From Mycoavidus cysteinexigens (GTDB lineage Bacteria > Pseudomonadota > Gammaproteobacteria > Burkholderiales > Burkholderiaceae): a stretch of 64,000 nucleotides of DNA. The notes beneath the pieces were generated by a model, which ran no database searches, was not told the origin of the DNA, and worked only from the letters and a program-made list of their open reading frames with translations. Every line of letters starts with the position of its first letter. The stretch's first letter is position 1. Of the stretch, positions 42,403-56,041 are shown piece after piece. The translations under genes and the position numbers were made by a program. The DNA is taken from assembly GCA_031963005.1 (NCBI GenBank), contig JASSUL010000005.1:82939-146938 (forward strand), given 5' to 3'.

Positions 42403-43549
42403 AAGTCTGAATAAGCCTTTTTTCCCGACTGATACTCATAATCAGTCCTGCGGCAATTCCCAGGGTAACTAAAGCCGTGCCACCATAACTAATAAAAGGC
42501 AAAGGCACGCCGACTACAGGCAGTACACCGCTGACCATACCAATATTGACTAAGGCATAAGTAAAGAAACTCAGCGTGAGTGAACCAGCTAGTAAGCGCG
42601 CAAAGAAAGTCGCGCCCTGGGCGGAAATGTACAGACCACGCCCAATAAGGCATATATAAAGAAAGATCAAAAAGCACTCTCCAATTAAACCAAACTCTTC
42701 GGAGAGGACGGCAAAAATAAAGTCGGTGTGCTTTTCAGGGATAAATTCAAGATGCGCTTGTGATCCTTTGAGCCAACCCTTTCCAAACATGCCACCAGAG
42801 CCAATGGCAATCACCGCTTGAATCGTGTGAAACCCTTTCCCTAATGGGTCGGAAGTAGGATCTAATAGCGTACAAACACGGTGTTTTTGATAATCATGGA
42901 GCATGGGCCACTCGACGGAAGGCTGACAAATGGTGCTCTGAAAAGCCAATGCGGATCCCCCAGCAATAACCCCCGCCAAGAAAATAGGCAGTATCAGTTT
43001 AAAACTTAAACCGGCTAAAAAAACCACAAAAAAGCCCGCAGAAAACACCAAAATCGCCGTGCCTAGATCGGGTTGCTTAGCAATAAGCGCTACAGGCAAC
43101 CCTAGTATCAATAACCCGCCAATATGCCAATACCAACGCACCGCCCCCTCACGCCGCTGGTAATACCAAGCAAGCATTAAAGGCATCGCAATTTTCATGA
43201 TTTCGGAGGGTTGAATCACCATCCCCACATTGATCCAACGCTGCGCACCTTTACGCGTGAGACCAAAAAGCGCCACCGCAATGAGTAATGCAACGCCTAT
43301 CGTATAGAGCGGCACGGCCAAACGCATCAACGTTTGAGGTGGCAAATTCGCAATGGACCACATCAATATAAAGGTCACCGCAATATTGCGCAGCTGATCT
43401 TGCAAACGACCAGGCGCATCCAAACTTGCACTATAGAGTATGACCATCCCTACCGCCATAAGCAGAAAAACAATCAATGCAAGCGGTTTATCTACCCCGT
43501 TTAGAAATCGTTTAACAGTACGGAGCCATAGATAGGAATCAGTTGGCAC
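42401..43549 (-). CDS. rodA: Peptidoglycan glycosyltransferase RodA (SEDS family)
   Basis: 382 aa, polytopic; downstream of mrdA; FIPEKHTDFIFAV motif. Confidence 0.94.
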   Translation of the reverse strand: MPTDSYLWLRTVKRFLNGVDKPLALIVFLLMAVGMVILYSASLDAPGRLQDQLRNIAVTFILMWSIANLPPQTLMRLAVPLYTIGVALLIAVALFGLTRKGAQRWINVGMVIQPSEIMKIAMPLMLAWYYQRREGAVRWYWHIGGLLILGLPVALIAKQPDLGTAILVFSAGFFVVFLAGLSFKLILPIFLAGVIAGGSALAFQSTICQPSVEWPMLHDYQKHRVCTLLDPTSDPLGKGFHTIQAVIAIGSGGMFGKGWLKGSQAHLEFIPEKHTDFIFAVLSEEFGLIGECFLIFLYICLIGRGLYISAQGATFFARLLAGSLTLSFFTYALVNIGMVSGVLPVVGVPLPFISYGGTALVTLGIAAGLIMSISREKRLIQT

Positions 43550-43736
43550 AGCAGGTGCTCCATCATCTATAAAAATTGGTTAAGCCATATCTCTTGGCAT
43601 TTCCCCACACCACACTTTCTGGATCACCCAGTACAAAAGGCATACTTCAGAAATCCAGCCTTGAAGCTACACAGTGCAAAGCCTTAGAGGAATGCGGTGT
43701 TAACCGATCCCCAGCGCATTGTCAAAGAGGCTAGCC

Positions 43737-45860
43737 TCACTGTGGATGAGGAGATGTGGGTGTTGGAGGAATAAAAAATTCTGCAGCAGGCACAGCTGGC
43801 GTTGATTGCTGCGCATTGACGCTTAATGCGCGAGCGGTAGCCGCCGCCGCGGTTTGCGGTGTATTTGCAGCCGTTTGATCGCTCGGTTTAAAGCGATCAA
43901 TTAAATAATAGTCCATCAATTTGCGCGCAATAGGCGCAGCCGCTTTCGCACCCCAGCCTCCATTTTCCACAATCAAGGCGATCGCGATAGCGGGCACTTC
44001 ACTCATATTTTTGGGAATGACCCGAGTTTGTGTAGAGGCATTACTCGCAGAGGCCGTACTCGAAGCATGCGCAATATCGGATACCGATCCTCCAAATGCA
44101 ATGACTAAGGCATGATCGCGTCTATTTTCTGCAATCGCATGTGCACGATATTTCCCGCCTCTGAGCGAGAAAACCTGCGCCGTCCCCGTTTTCGCGCCGA
44201 CCCAATAGGGGGCTCCTCGAAAAGCAGCGGCTCCGGTACCCGTTTGCACCACACCGACCATCGCCCGTTTTACAAAATCGATATGTGCCTGGCTCACATC
44301 CAGTTTCGCACTGGCGGAGGGAACGGTTAAACGCGTTTCGTGCGTGAGTGGATGCGCTATTTTTTTCACCAAATGCGGCTTCATCACCACACCATTATTG
44401 GCAAGCGTGGACATAGCATGCGCCAATTGCAACATCGTGAAGGAGTTATATCCTTGCCCAATACCAATACTGATGGTTTCACCGTCATACCATCTTTGCT
44501 GTTCAGGGGTATGGTAGGTTTTTTTCTTCCATTCCGTAGAAGGCAACACACCGGCGGCTTCGCCTTTAATATCAATGCCAGTTAATTGTCCAAACCCCCA
44601 AGGTTGCATAAAATGTGCAATGGCATTCACGCCCATGTCATGCGCTAGCATGTAGTAATACGTATCGCAAGACACCACAATCGACTGATATAAATCCACA
44701 CGGCCATGCCCACCAGGTACATCATCCCGAAAAACATGCTTTGCCACTACATAGTAACCAGGATCGGCAAAACTCCACTGTGGCGTACGTTTATGCGAAG
44801 TTAATGCCGCAAGCGCCATAAACGGCTTATAGGTTGACCCAGGGGGATAAGCACCGCGCAATGGACGATTCAGCAAAGGCTTATTAGGTGAATTATTTAA
44901 GGTATCCCAAGTTTGTTGGTCAATGCCATCCACAAACAAATTAGGATCAAAGCTCGGCGCAGATACAAAAGCCAATACATCGCCCGTAGCAGGCTCAATG
45001 GCGACCAGAGCCCCACGTTTTCCTGCAAAGGCTTGCTCAGCAAGCTGCTGCATTTTGATATCCAAGGACAGCATCAGGTTATTGCCGGGCGTAGGCGATC
45101 TACGCGAAATAGAGCGTACAGGACGTCCCCCTGCCGTCACCTCAACCTCTTCAAAGCCGGTTATACCGTGAAGCTCTGTTTCATAACTCTGTTCGATACC
45201 AATTTTTCCAATGTAATCGGTGCCTTTATAATTATTCGCGCGCAGCCGGTGATCATAGCCTGTCGCCGCCTTTTCATTTTGTTCAGAAAGCGCTTTGATC
45301 CGCTCTTGGTCACGCGCAGAAATACGGCCTATATAGCCCATCACATGCGCAGCCGTTTCTCCTAATGGATACTGCCGAAACATACGCGCACGCACTTGCA
45401 CGCCAGGAAAGCGAAAATTTTGGGCAGCAAAATGCGCCACTTCTTCGTCGGATAAACGAATACGAATAGGTAAACTCTCAAAGTTTTTAGATTCTTCAAG
45501 AAATTTTTTGAAGCGGCGCAAATCGGAGGGTTCAATGCGCACCACCTGGCCAATCTGCGCAATCACCTCTTCTAATTTGCCTTGGATTTTTGTAGGCGTA
45601 ATTTCTAAGGTATACGCAAAGTAATTGCGTGCCAATACGATGCCATTACGGTCGGTAATTAATCCCCGACTAGGTGTAATGGGCACAATAGAAATACGAT
45701 TCTCATTCGCTTGCAATGCATACTGGCGATAATGCCAAACCTGTAGATATACAAAGCGGGCGATGAGCAACGCAAAACAAATGAAAACGAAAAGCCCTGC
45801 TGTGGTAACACGAAGCCGGAACTGCCACAGTTGCTTTGCAGTATTTTTAAATTCTGTCAC
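43737..45860 (-). CDS. mrdA: Penicillin-binding protein 2 (elongasome transpeptidase)
   Basis: 707 aa; SxxK context GSTYKP, KTGTAQ; Ala/Pro-rich C-terminal tail. Confidence 0.94.
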   Translation of the reverse strand: MTEFKNTAKQLWQFRLRVTTAGLFVFICFALLIARFVYLQVWHYRQYALQANENRISIVPITPSRGLITDRNGIVLARNYFAYTLEITPTKIQGKLEEVIAQIGQVVRIEPSDLRRFKKFLEESKNFESLPIRIRLSDEEVAHFAAQNFRFPGVQVRARMFRQYPLGETAAHVMGYIGRISARDQERIKALSEQNEKAATGYDHRLRANNYKGTDYIGKIGIEQSYETELHGITGFEEVEVTAGGRPVRSISRRSPTPGNNLMLSLDIKMQQLAEQAFAGKRGALVAIEPATGDVLAFVSAPSFDPNLFVDGIDQQTWDTLNNSPNKPLLNRPLRGAYPPGSTYKPFMALAALTSHKRTPQWSFADPGYYVVAKHVFRDDVPGGHGRVDLYQSIVVSCDTYYYMLAHDMGVNAIAHFMQPWGFGQLTGIDIKGEAAGVLPSTEWKKKTYHTPEQQRWYDGETISIGIGQGYNSFTMLQLAHAMSTLANNGVVMKPHLVKKIAHPLTHETRLTVPSASAKLDVSQAHIDFVKRAMVGVVQTGTGAAAFRGAPYWVGAKTGTAQVFSLRGGKYRAHAIAENRRDHALVIAFGGSVSDIAHASSTASASNASTQTRVIPKNMSEVPAIAIALIVENGGWGAKAAAPIARKLMDYYLIDRFKPSDQTAANTPQTAAAATARALSVNAQQSTPAVPAAEFFIPPTPTSPHPQ

Positions 45861-45923
45861 GCGGCTTCATCAAAATAAAAAATGGAAAAATATCGTCATA
45901 CTAAAAAGCATGAGCCATGCAAG

Positions 45924-46448
45924 CTATATAGGACGTGTGTCATCGGGATTGGCAGCCCTTCTCTGAGGAGCTAATAGTATCCAACGCACCACAGGCCACA
46001 ACAATGCTTCTACAAAACCGCTAAAAATATACAGCCAACCAGGAAATACCGCGCCCATAAATAGGCGAATGATAAAAGGCACCATATGCGCTAGCATCAA
46101 AAGAGGCAAAACATGAAACGCTTGCCCAAGGCTACCAAAGCACTGCACACGGCGGTGTAACGCGATCGCCACATACGATAAAAGGGGATATGCTAAGGCG
46201 TGCTCACCCAGTAAGTTGGCTTGATGCACATCCATTAATAGCCCTAGACTAAAGGCTACAGTCATCCCTACTTTACGAGGCTGATGGAGATTCCAAAATA
46301 ACAAAACCAAAGCCACGTAATCTGGCAAACCCAGTACACGTCCCCAAGGTAGTAAATTCAAAAAAACCGCAAGCGCTAAGCTAAAAGCGATAAACCAAGG
46401 ATTTGCCGGAAGCAATAAATATTCGGGAGCATTGTTCTTCTTGATCAT
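45924..46448 (-). CDS. mreD: Rod shape-determining protein MreD
   Basis: 174-aa polytopic protein overlapping the mreC stop by 4 nt. Confidence 0.88.
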   Translation of the reverse strand: MIKKNNAPEYLLLPANPWFIAFSLALAVFLNLLPWGRVLGLPDYVALVLLFWNLHQPRKVGMTVAFSLGLLMDVHQANLLGEHALAYPLLSYVAIALHRRVQCFGSLGQAFHVLPLLMLAHMVPFIIRLFMGAVFPGWLYIFSGFVEALLWPVVRWILLAPQRRAANPDDTRPI

Positions 46449-47452
46449 GGCCTTCTCCCTGTTACTGGCTGCTCAGAAGCAGTAAAAGAGGCTTTAGGGG
46501 GAGGGGGAGGCGCAGGAGGAGTTTGCGATGCCCCCTTTGCAGGTACTGAATTAGAAGGATCGGCCGCATTCTGCGCAACGACAGAAGGGTTGATATCGGT
46601 ATGGGGGGGCATATTCACCGGTTTTTTGTAGGCCAGGATCAACACTTGCCTTGGCCCTCGCGTCAGCGCCACGGGCATGCAAGAGACTTGTGCAAACTCG
46701 ATACCGGTTAGGCGTTGCACGGTCATAATTTTTGCTACGGGAACCCCCGTTGGAAAGACGCCATCCAATCCGCTGGTGACCAACTCATCTCCTGGCTGAA
46801 CATCTGCGGTAACCGGCACAAAGCGCATAACAAGGCCTTCGCCCCGTGTACTTCCCGACACTAAGCTACGCATACCGGTACGTATTAATTGCACAGGCAC
46901 GGATTGATCTTTGTCGGTAATCAGCGTCACTTCTGACTGCAAAGGATAAACCCGAGTGACTTGACCCAGCACCCCTTCATCGTCCACCACAGCGGAACCA
47001 ATCTGCACCCCATCGCGCTCGCCACGATCAACAATCACCTTTTTAATAAAGGGATCGCGCGCCTCATAGCGTACTTCAGCCACAATAGCGCCCACAGCGA
47101 CCCGCGGCATCAATTGCAATAAAGCCCGTAAATGGGTATTTTCTATTTCTAGCTGGGCGGCTTGCTGCGCATCTAGCGCCAACTTCAGATTACGTGCGGT
47201 TAATGATTCGTTTTCTGCCCGCAAAGTGGCTGAAGTGGTAAAAATTTGGACGATATCCAGCGCTCTATCTCGAGGCCAGAGCGCAGCTTGTTGAAAGGGG
47301 TAGAGGACGATGCCGATCGCCTGGCGCACCGTCTCCAGCAAGCGATAGTGCGCATCAGAAACAAGAAGTCCACAGGACAATGCCACGCATATGAGTAAGC
47401 GTACAAAGGCGGAAGGACCTTGCTTAAAAAGAGGCGGCGTACTGTGTTCCAT
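46445..47452 (-). CDS. mreC: Rod shape-determining protein MreC
   Basis: N-terminal TM segment, coiled coil, beta-rich core, Pro-rich tail; between mreB and mreD. Confidence 0.9.
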   Translation of the reverse strand: MEHSTPPLFKQGPSAFVRLLICVALSCGLLVSDAHYRLLETVRQAIGIVLYPFQQAALWPRDRALDIVQIFTTSATLRAENESLTARNLKLALDAQQAAQLEIENTHLRALLQLMPRVAVGAIVAEVRYEARDPFIKKVIVDRGERDGVQIGSAVVDDEGVLGQVTRVYPLQSEVTLITDKDQSVPVQLIRTGMRSLVSGSTRGEGLVMRFVPVTADVQPGDELVTSGLDGVFPTGVPVAKIMTVQRLTGIEFAQVSCMPVALTRGPRQVLILAYKKPVNMPPHTDINPSVVAQNAADPSNSVPAKGASQTPPAPPPPPKASFTASEQPVTGRRP

Positions 47453-47562
47453 GGAGAGCGCCAGAATAAAGCACTGGAAAATAAGTTAAAAAATGATCTG
47501 CAATACTGTTGTTCAAGGGGTCTGAAACACGTTGAGTGCCTTGAAATCAAACAGTCCCTATT

Positions 47563-47675
47563 CCCAAAAGGGCCCTTCTTTGTGGCCGTACAGGGCTTGA
47601 GCTCTTCGGATCGTGCTATACAGACGAAGATACCTCATGCTCCTGACTATCTCAAAAAAGGACCCTTTTGGGGAA
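47563..47675. repeat. Palindromic element between mreB and mreC, sharing the AAAGGGCCC motif with families C and D
   Basis: CCCAAAAGGGCCC (47563-) pairs with GGACCCTTTTGGGG (-47675); about 85-nt interior. Confidence 0.5.
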
Positions 47676-47760
47676 CCTGCATAATCGTACAAAATACTGT
47701 GTACAAAATACCGTAAAAAATACAGGTCAAAGATACAGAAAAATGCGCGCTATAGGCTCT

Positions 47761-48837
<1,077 letters not shown>

Positions 48838-49690
48838 TCATGCAAAGAATGTGAAAAAACAGCCAAAAAATGAAAGCCGGGCCCGCCGCACACCGTGCAT
48901 AAAAACCAAGCCTAGTGGAAAGAGTTCAGTATAAAAAAACAAAAAGCGAATAAATACAAAAAAACTAAAAAACACAAAATGAGCGCACTTTTAGAGGCAT
49001 ACCTCTTCCAACTAGCCGTGCGCACTGCATAGGAAAAATAGATCAACGCTTACCGTATCATTCAGCGCGCTCCCCTCCTAAACAGTCGCGGATGCACCGA
49101 TCAATAAAAGACTAGCTTCCATCAGCTTGCCGAATACGAAACACATGCCGCATATAAACATCGGTAGAATGACTTAATTTAATAAAGTGCGCAATCATAC
49201 CTTATAATTTTTAACGTTCTGCTGTAGAAATTGCATTTTTAGAATGTTTTCAGAATGCTGGAAGCGGTAAAGGGTATCGATAAGCCCTTCAAATAGTTTT
49301 AAAATTCCCACTTTTAGCAAAAGAAAGCGGCTCTACTTCGCTCTTTACTGAACCGATTTCCCCTGAATTCATATCCATTCTAGGCGCCTTCAACAGCAAA
49401 CTAGAAAGCCGGCTAAAAACTATGGGAGCGCCCTTCAAAGGCCTTTTCAGCATTTCACCCTCTTTTTTGTAAGTAGGGTGCTTTTACAGACTTAAACAGG
49501 TTTCTAGGGAGACGCTATCCTTGGATATATTCTTCAATATCCAGTATGCTAAACCAAGTCTCTTTTATCTGTTTTTTGACCTCGTTTTACCCTAGTCACT
49601 ACACAAGATTAGCGCAAAAGAGGGCTTAGGATGCACTTTTCTAGCCCCCAGATAAGATCTCCAAATTCACTATTATTTTTAGTTTGTCTC

Positions 49691-50008
49691 ATGTCCTTAT
49701 CGCTGCCTGACGTACACCGTATTGCAGAACTCGCGCAAATCGAGCTTTCTGACAATGAAGCCTCTGACATGGTGGAGCATTTAAATCGATTGTTCACGCT
49801 CATTGAAAATATACAAATCATCGATACAGATACCATCGATCCATTGGCTCACCCCCTTGAACTTATTCAGGCGGCACATCACCAAAACATATCGGCCCTC
49901 CCTCTTCGAGCCGATATAGTCACGGAAAATGTAGAACGGGAGTGCTATCAAACACTTTCTTCTTCAGCAGAAAATGGGTTATATCTTGTCCCTAAAGTAC
50001 TCGAATAA
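49691..50008 (+). CDS. gatC: Asp/Glu-tRNA(Asn/Gln) amidotransferase subunit C
   Basis: MSLSLPDVHRIAELAQIELSDNEASDMVEHLNRLF typical of GatC. Confidence 0.9.
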   Translation: MSLSLPDVHRIAELAQIELSDNEASDMVEHLNRLFTLIENIQIIDTDTIDPLAHPLELIQAAHHQNISALPLRADIVTENVERECYQTLSSSAENGLYLVPKVLE

Positions 50009-50127
50009 TCGCTTTTTCAAATAAGCGCTTTAGGCGGATGCATAGATTCTCTTGACGATCGTACCTTTTATCTACGATGCGCTATCAAGGAGGCAGCTTT
50101 ATGCATTTCGAAAAAAGGAAATAACGT

Positions 50128-50270
50128 AGGGTGTGTCTACAATGGTTCAAAAGGGCCCATATTTGGGGGAGCAGGAGCGCAAGGACCAGAACTGTACTCA
50201 AGTACAGTGAGATCCCGAGCACCGCACGACCTCAAAGATGAGTTCTTTTGGGCAATTGGAGACACTCCCT
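50128..50270. repeat. Family C palindromic element (copy C2), between gatC and gatA
   Basis: Collinear with 29744-29902. Confidence 0.85.
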
Positions 50271-50368
50271 AAAAAGAGAGGCTCAAAATCTCTTCGTTAC
50301 CTCAAATGACCCTAAACGCATTGGCTTTTAATTGATATCCTCTTCGCCTTTTTTGCTCCACGGTATTT

Positions 50369-51877
50369 ATGCACTCCAAACCGCTTACCGAACTGCGCGC
50401 GGGACTTGATGCGCGCGATTTTTCTGCGACTGAATTAGCGCACCACTTCTTGGCGCGTATTGAAGCCGCACGCGCGCTCAATGCTTTTTTACACGTAGAT
50501 CCTGAATTAACTTTAGCGCAGGCTGCGCAAGCGGATCAACGCATTGCACAAGGTACGCAAGGTCCTTTAACCGGCATTCCGATCGCCCATAAAGATGTTT
50601 TTGTCACGCAGGGTTGGCGTACAACTGCGGCATCTAAAATGCTGGAACATTACGTCAGCCCCTTTGACGCAACAGCTGTAACACGGTTAGCCCATGCCGG
50701 CATGGTCTGTTTAGGCAAGACCAATCTCGATGAATTCGCCATGGGCTCATCGAATGAGGATTCTTTTTTTGGCCCTGTCCTCAATCCTTGGGATACTCAA
50801 GCGATCCCTGGAGGTTCATCTGGCGGCTCTGCAGCCGCTGTAGCAGCCGGACTCGCCCCAGCAGCCACCGGCACGGATACTGGAGGTTCTATCCGTCAAC
50901 CTGCTGCATTAACCGGAATTACAGGATTAAAGCCCACCTATGGCCGTATTTCGCGTTACGGGATGATTGCATTTGCTTCTTCACTCGATCAAGCGGGGCC
51001 CATGGCGCATTCGGCGCAGGACTGCGCATTGCTATTGAGTGCACTGGCCGGACAAGATGCCCACGATTCGACGACCTTACCACTGCCTACAGAAGATTTT
51101 ACGCGTTATTTTGATAGTACTTGGCAAGGCGAAACCCTGGCCTCTACAGCGCATGCCGCCCCGCCACATAAACCGCTCGCAGGTTTACGCATTGGCCTAC
51201 CGAAGGAATATTTCAGCGACGGACTCAATGCGCAAGTCGGCATCACCATCCACCATGCGCTCAAGCTGTATGAATCCCTCGGCGCTACGCTAGTCGACCT
51301 CTCTTTGCCTAATACCGCGCTGTCGATCCCGGTGTATTACGTGATTGCCCCGGCAGAGGCCTCTTCGAATTTGGCGCGTTTTGATGGCGTACGCTATGGG
51401 TACCGCGCACCAGACTATACCGATCTCTCGGATATGTATAAAAAAACGCGGTCGCAAGGCTTTGGGCCCGAAGTAAAGCGCCGCCTGCTGACCGGCACCT
51501 ATGTACTCTCTCAAGGGTATTACGATGCCTACTACAAGCAAGCACAAAAAATCCGCCGTATCATTGCGCTCGATTTTGAGCATGCGTTTACGCAATGCGA
51601 TGTACTAATGGGACCGACTGCCCCTGACGTCGCCTGGAATCTCGGTGAAAAACATCGTGATCCCGTTCAAATGTATTTAGCGGATATTTACACCCTATCA
51701 GCCAGCCTTGCCGGCTTGCCTAGCTTAAGTTTACCGTGTGGATTTGGTTCGCATAATAGGCCTTTAGGCTTGCAAATCATTGGTCCGCATTTAAGCGAGG
51801 CGCGCATCCTGCAAATAGCGCATGCCTTCCAGCGGCTGACAGATTGGCATACCAAACTGCCCGCTCAATTTATCTAA
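50369..51877 (+). CDS. gatA: Glutamyl-tRNA(Gln) amidotransferase subunit A
   Basis: Amidase signature [25 protein letters not shown]. Confidence 0.96.
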   Translation: MHSKPLTELRAGLDARDFSATELAHHFLARIEAARALNAFLHVDPELTLAQAAQADQRIAQGTQGPLTGIPIAHKDVFVTQGWRTTAASKMLEHYVSPFDATAVTRLAHAGMVCLGKTNLDEFAMGSSNEDSFFGPVLNPWDTQAIPGGSSGGSAAAVAAGLAPAATGTDTGGSIRQPAALTGITGLKPTYGRISRYGMIAFASSLDQAGPMAHSAQDCALLLSALAGQDAHDSTTLPLPTEDFTRYFDSTWQGETLASTAHAAPPHKPLAGLRIGLPKEYFSDGLNAQVGITIHHALKLYESLGATLVDLSLPNTALSIPVYYVIAPAEASSNLARFDGVRYGYRAPDYTDLSDMYKKTRSQGFGPEVKRRLLTGTYVLSQGYYDAYYKQAQKIRRIIALDFEHAFTQCDVLMGPTAPDVAWNLGEKHRDPVQMYLADIYTLSASLAGLPSLSLPCGFGSHNRPLGLQIIGPHLSEARILQIAHAFQRLTDWHTKLPAQFI

Positions 51878-52017
51878 ATTTTTTAATGCATTGAGCCTAT
51901 TCAGCACAATAGGTGATATGGCGCGCAGGCTAGGGCTCTCTCCGAGAGTCTGTGCTCGCCGCAATATACTGCCCTTTGCCCTTACGCTTGTGCGAAATCA
52001 TTGGTTATGGAATAAAA

Positions 52018-53514
52018 ATGGATTGGGAAATAGTCATTGGTCTAGAGACGCATGCGCAACTCTCTACGGCCTCCAAGATCTTTTCAGGCGCTTCTACGCG
52101 CTTTGGGGCAGAGCCCAATACGCAAGCTTGCCATATCGATCTTGCGCTTCCTGGGGTCTTGCCCCTGATGAACCGTCAGGCGGTTGAACACGCGATCCGA
52201 TTCGGACTCGCCGTCAATGGCACCATTGCGCCTTACAGCCTCTTTGCGCGTAAAAATTATTTTTATCCCGATCTTCCTAAAGGCTATCAAATCAGCCAAT
52301 ACGAATATCCCACAGTCATTGGTGGAACCATTACTGTTCCTGGAGAAACATCGGCCGATGTCACTACGATCCGCTTAACCCGAGCCCATCTTGAAGAAGA
52401 CGCCGGAAAATCCTTGCACGCGGACTTTCAGGGTTTAACCGGAGTGGATTTAAATCGCGCAGGCACCCCGTTACTAGAGATCGTCACAGACCCCGATATG
52501 CGTAGTGCAGCCCAAGCGGTTCGCTATGCAAAAACACTGCATGCATTAGTCATGTGGCTAGGCATTTGTGATGGCAATATGCAAGAAGGCTCGTTTCGAT
52601 GCGATGCCAATATCTCGGTGCGGCCTAAAGGGCAAGAGACATTAGGGACTCGCGTAGAGATCAAAAATCTTAATTCTTTTCGTTTTCTAGAAGAAGCGAT
52701 TGAATATGAAGCCCAGCGCCATATTCGCGCTATCGAAGCAGGAGAATCCATACGCCAAGAAACGCGTCTGTATGACCCAACGCGCAAGGAAACGCGCCCC
52801 ATGCGCAGCAAAGAGGATGCGCATGACTATCGTTATTTTCCTGACCCTGATTTACTGCCTTTATATATTGATAAGGCATGGATTGAACAGGTGCGCAGCG
52901 ATTTGCCAGAGCCTTCCGATCAGGTGCGTCAGCGTTTTATTCAAAACTATGGACTGTCACACGCCGATGCGACGATCTTAATAGATTCAAAAGCGTTATC
53001 GACTTATTATCAAGCGGTCGTCGAGCAATTAGGCGAAAAACATGCACAGCTTACCGCACGTTGGATCATCGGCGAAGTCAGCGCACAATTAAATCGCCAT
53101 GCGCAAAGTATCGATGCCTGCCCCATTTCTCCAACCCAGCTTGCAAAACTCCTCGCCTATCAAATAGACGAGCGCATTTCTCATAAAATAGCGAAAGAGG
53201 TCTTGCAGCAAATGTGGGACGCAGCTTCTACCCACCTGGCCGACTTTAGCCATCCAAGCCATGCTGATAATGCAGCGGATCAACTTATTGCAGCGCAAAA
53301 TTTGGCGCAGAAGGTTTCCAACGAAGATATCGAAGCACAAGTCGATGCCGTGCTAGCCGCCCAACCCAAGCTCATTCAAGACTTCCGTGCAGGCAAAGAG
53401 AAAGCGCTCAATGCATTAGTCGGCCAGCTTATGAAAGCGACGCAGGGACGGGTCGATCCGCAGGAGGCGCATCGCCTTTTAAAAGCAAAGCTGGAGACGT
53501 ATCAGCAGGATTAA
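52018..53514 (+). CDS. gatB: Asp/Glu-tRNA amidotransferase subunit B
   Basis: [15 protein letters not shown].. N-terminus; ATG 52018 chosen by homology. Confidence 0.95.
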   Translation: MDWEIVIGLETHAQLSTASKIFSGASTRFGAEPNTQACHIDLALPGVLPLMNRQAVEHAIRFGLAVNGTIAPYSLFARKNYFYPDLPKGYQISQYEYPTVIGGTITVPGETSADVTTIRLTRAHLEEDAGKSLHADFQGLTGVDLNRAGTPLLEIVTDPDMRSAAQAVRYAKTLHALVMWLGICDGNMQEGSFRCDANISVRPKGQETLGTRVEIKNLNSFRFLEEAIEYEAQRHIRAIEAGESIRQETRLYDPTRKETRPMRSKEDAHDYRYFPDPDLLPLYIDKAWIEQVRSDLPEPSDQVRQRFIQNYGLSHADATILIDSKALSTYYQAVVEQLGEKHAQLTARWIIGEVSAQLNRHAQSIDACPISPTQLAKLLAYQIDERISHKIAKEVLQQMWDAASTHLADFSHPSHADNAADQLIAAQNLAQKVSNEDIEAQVDAVLAAQPKLIQDFRAGKEKALNALVGQLMKATQGRVDPQEAHRLLKAKLETYQQD

Positions 53515-53606
53515 GGCTTGCCTCTGGAATTGCATCTCTTTTAATCCATGCTTTTCCAGCGCTTTTTTCTACTTTTCGATGGCATTTGCAGACCACTCCA
53601 AAAACC

Positions 53607-53700
53607 TAGACCTCTTTCGCAGCCCCGTAGCAAGGAATTCCTTTGATGCCAGTACAACTTGTACGGTGAGGAGCCGCTACGGGGCTGCGAAAGAGGTCTA
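53607..53700. repeat. Family B palindromic element (copy B3; interior inverted relative to B1 and B2)
   Basis: TAGACCTCTTTCGCAGCCCCGTAGCAAGGAATTCC..GCCGCTACGGGGCTGCGAAAGAGGTCTA. Confidence 0.9.
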
Positions 53701-53720
53701 TTGACGAATCGGATACATTA

Positions 53721-54599
53721 ATGCGCATTATCACCGCTAATCTCAACGGCATTCGCTCTGCACATCAAAAAGGATTTTTTACCTGGCTTGCAGAGCAAAA
53801 TGCAGACATAGTGTGCATTCAAGAGTTAAAAGCACAGCATCAAGATATCAGCGCAACCTTCCTGAATCCCTTGGGGTATAACGGCTATTTTCAATATGCC
53901 GAAAAAAAAGGGTATAGCGGTGTAGCGCTGTATACGCGCGCCCTACCCCATACGGTTCAAATAGGCTTTACCCATATTCCTGAAGAAGGCGCTTGCAAAG
54001 ACGAATTTAATCGAGAAGGACGGTATGTTGAAGCCGTTTTTCACTGCGCCAATCACGATCGTCCTGTCTCGGTCATCTCGGTATACGCTCCATCAGGATC
54101 GAGCTCTGAAGAACGGCAACACGCTAAATTCCGATTTATGAACGCCTTCATGCCGCACCTGCGCGCGTTAAGGGAGGAACGGGAAGTCATTTTATGCGGC
54201 GATATCAATATTGCCCATAAAGAAATTGATCTGAAAAACTGGCGCGGCAACAAAAAAAACTCTGGATTTTTACCCGAAGAACGCGCATGGCTCAGCACGC
54301 TATTTGAAGAGGAAAAATACGTCGATGTATTTCGACAACTGGACCCACGCCCAGAGCAATACACTTGGTGGAGCCAACGCGGACAAGCCTATGCCAAAAA
54401 TGTCGGATGGCGCATCGACTATCAAATCGCCACACCTTCTATGGCATCGCGCGCCACGCAGGCGACTATTTTTAAAGAGATCAAGTTTAGCGATCATGCA
54501 CCATTGATTATTGATTATGACGCCGAGTTGCACTGTGCTGGAATCGAGCCTAAGCAATGTCTTGATATCGATACCCCTTTAAAATGCGATGCCGCGTAG
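53721..54599 (+). CDS. xthA: Exodeoxyribonuclease III, with a C-terminal extension of about 25 aa
   Basis: [29 protein letters not shown] motifs. Confidence 0.93.
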   Translation: MRIITANLNGIRSAHQKGFFTWLAEQNADIVCIQELKAQHQDISATFLNPLGYNGYFQYAEKKGYSGVALYTRALPHTVQIGFTHIPEEGACKDEFNREGRYVEAVFHCANHDRPVSVISVYAPSGSSSEERQHAKFRFMNAFMPHLRALREEREVILCGDINIAHKEIDLKNWRGNKKNSGFLPEERAWLSTLFEEEKYVDVFRQLDPRPEQYTWWSQRGQAYAKNVGWRIDYQIATPSMASRATQATIFKEIKFSDHAPLIIDYDAELHCAGIEPKQCLDIDTPLKCDAA

Positions 54600-54727
54600 C
54601 ACTTTGCATCCTCTATCACTCATTGCTAACGCTGAAGGCCACGCTGTCCACCTGCACAAATGCACGAAGTGGGACACGCCATAAGCCCATCCGTTTTTCA
54701 TCCACCCCTTTTTTCCTCTGCTGCATT

Positions 54728-55852
54728 ATGACGCGCCTTCTAAACCCTCTTCCCTTACTTAACGACATCTTTTTACGCGCATTGCGCAGCCAGCCTACCG
54801 CATACACTCCGATCTGGATCATGCGGCAAGCGGGACGTTATTTACCTGAATACAGGGCACTACGCGCTAAAGCTGGGAGCTTTTTAGGCTTGATGAAAAA
54901 TCCGGACGCCGCGACTCAAGTGACTCTGCAGCCAATAGAACGCTTTCCTCTAGATGCCGCCATTTTATTTTCAGATATTCTCACGGTAGGCGACGCCATG
55001 GGTTTAGGGCTGTCTTTCGCTGAAGGAGAAGGACCGCGTTTTGAAACGCCCGTGCGTGATGAGGCTCAAGTCAAAGCGCTTGCCGTACCGGATATCGAAG
55101 CAAAGCTGCCTTATGTCATGACCACGATCAAACAGATCCGGCGCGAACTCACCACAGCAGATGGCCACCAAAAGCTTCCACTCATCGGTTTTGCAGGCAG
55201 TCCCTGGACATTGGCATGTTATATGGTGGAAGGCGGAAAATCGGCCGATTTCCGCACGATCAAATCCATGCTCTACAAGCGCCCAGATCTACTACACCAT
55301 ATTCTCGATATCAATGCGCGAGCGCTCTGTGATTACCTAGATGCGCAAATTGCCGCTGGGGTCAATGCAGTCATGATTTTTGATACTTGGGGAGGGGTAT
55401 TATCTGACGAGGCATTTGCCTCTTTCTCGTTGCAGTACACTACACGCATCGTTGCAGAGTTACACGCTCGCTATCCAGATCCGGTCACGCGCCCTCCTAT
55501 CATCGTCTTTACCAAAGGCGGCGGTCAATGGCTAGAACGCACTGCCGCTTGCCAAGCAGATGCGATTGGAGTGGACTGGACCACCTCCTTAAGCCAAGCA
55601 CGTGAGCGACTATCCTATAAAAATACCGGACGCTATACGGCCTTACAAGGGAATTTAGATCCCACCATACTGCTAAGCAATGAGCAGGTAATACGCGCAG
55701 AAGCCCGAAAAACCCTAGAAGATTACGGCCCTACTCCTGGCCACATATTCAATCTCGGCCATGGCGTACTTCCAATCACCCCTCCAGAACATGTCGGTGC
55801 GCTCGTCGATGAAGTACATACCGCCAGCCGCGCTATACGCTTAGCAAAATAG
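54728..55852 (+). CDS. hemE: Uroporphyrinogen decarboxylase
   Basis: [45 protein letters not shown] 54728 chosen by homology. Confidence 0.95.
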   Translation: MTRLLNPLPLLNDIFLRALRSQPTAYTPIWIMRQAGRYLPEYRALRAKAGSFLGLMKNPDAATQVTLQPIERFPLDAAILFSDILTVGDAMGLGLSFAEGEGPRFETPVRDEAQVKALAVPDIEAKLPYVMTTIKQIRRELTTADGHQKLPLIGFAGSPWTLACYMVEGGKSADFRTIKSMLYKRPDLLHHILDINARALCDYLDAQIAAGVNAVMIFDTWGGVLSDEAFASFSLQYTTRIVAELHARYPDPVTRPPIIVFTKGGGQWLERTAACQADAIGVDWTTSLSQARERLSYKNTGRYTALQGNLDPTILLSNEQVIRAEARKTLEDYGPTPGHIFNLGHGVLPITPPEHVGALVDEVHTASRAIRLAK

Positions 55853-55874
55853 CCATTTTCAGTGAAAATAATCG

Positions 55875-56021
55875 GTAGGTTGGTGGTGACGAAGGAACCC
55901 CAACATGCACGCCGCGGCATCCTTGATGATCCGCTTACGATTATCTAAAAGCAGAAATTAAAAATCTGCTGTATGCATGTTGGGGTTCCGTATTTGATTC
56001 AATTCGTCACCGCCAACCTAC
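55875..56021. repeat. Family A-derived element with permuted arm order (copy vi)
   Basis: GTAGGTTGGTGGTGACGAAGGAACCCCAACATG comes first and CATGTTGGGGTTCCGTATTTGATTCAATTCGTCACCGCCAACCTAC last, the opposite of other copies. Confidence 0.8.
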
Positions 56022-56041
56022 ATATATCTGGGCACAGGGTA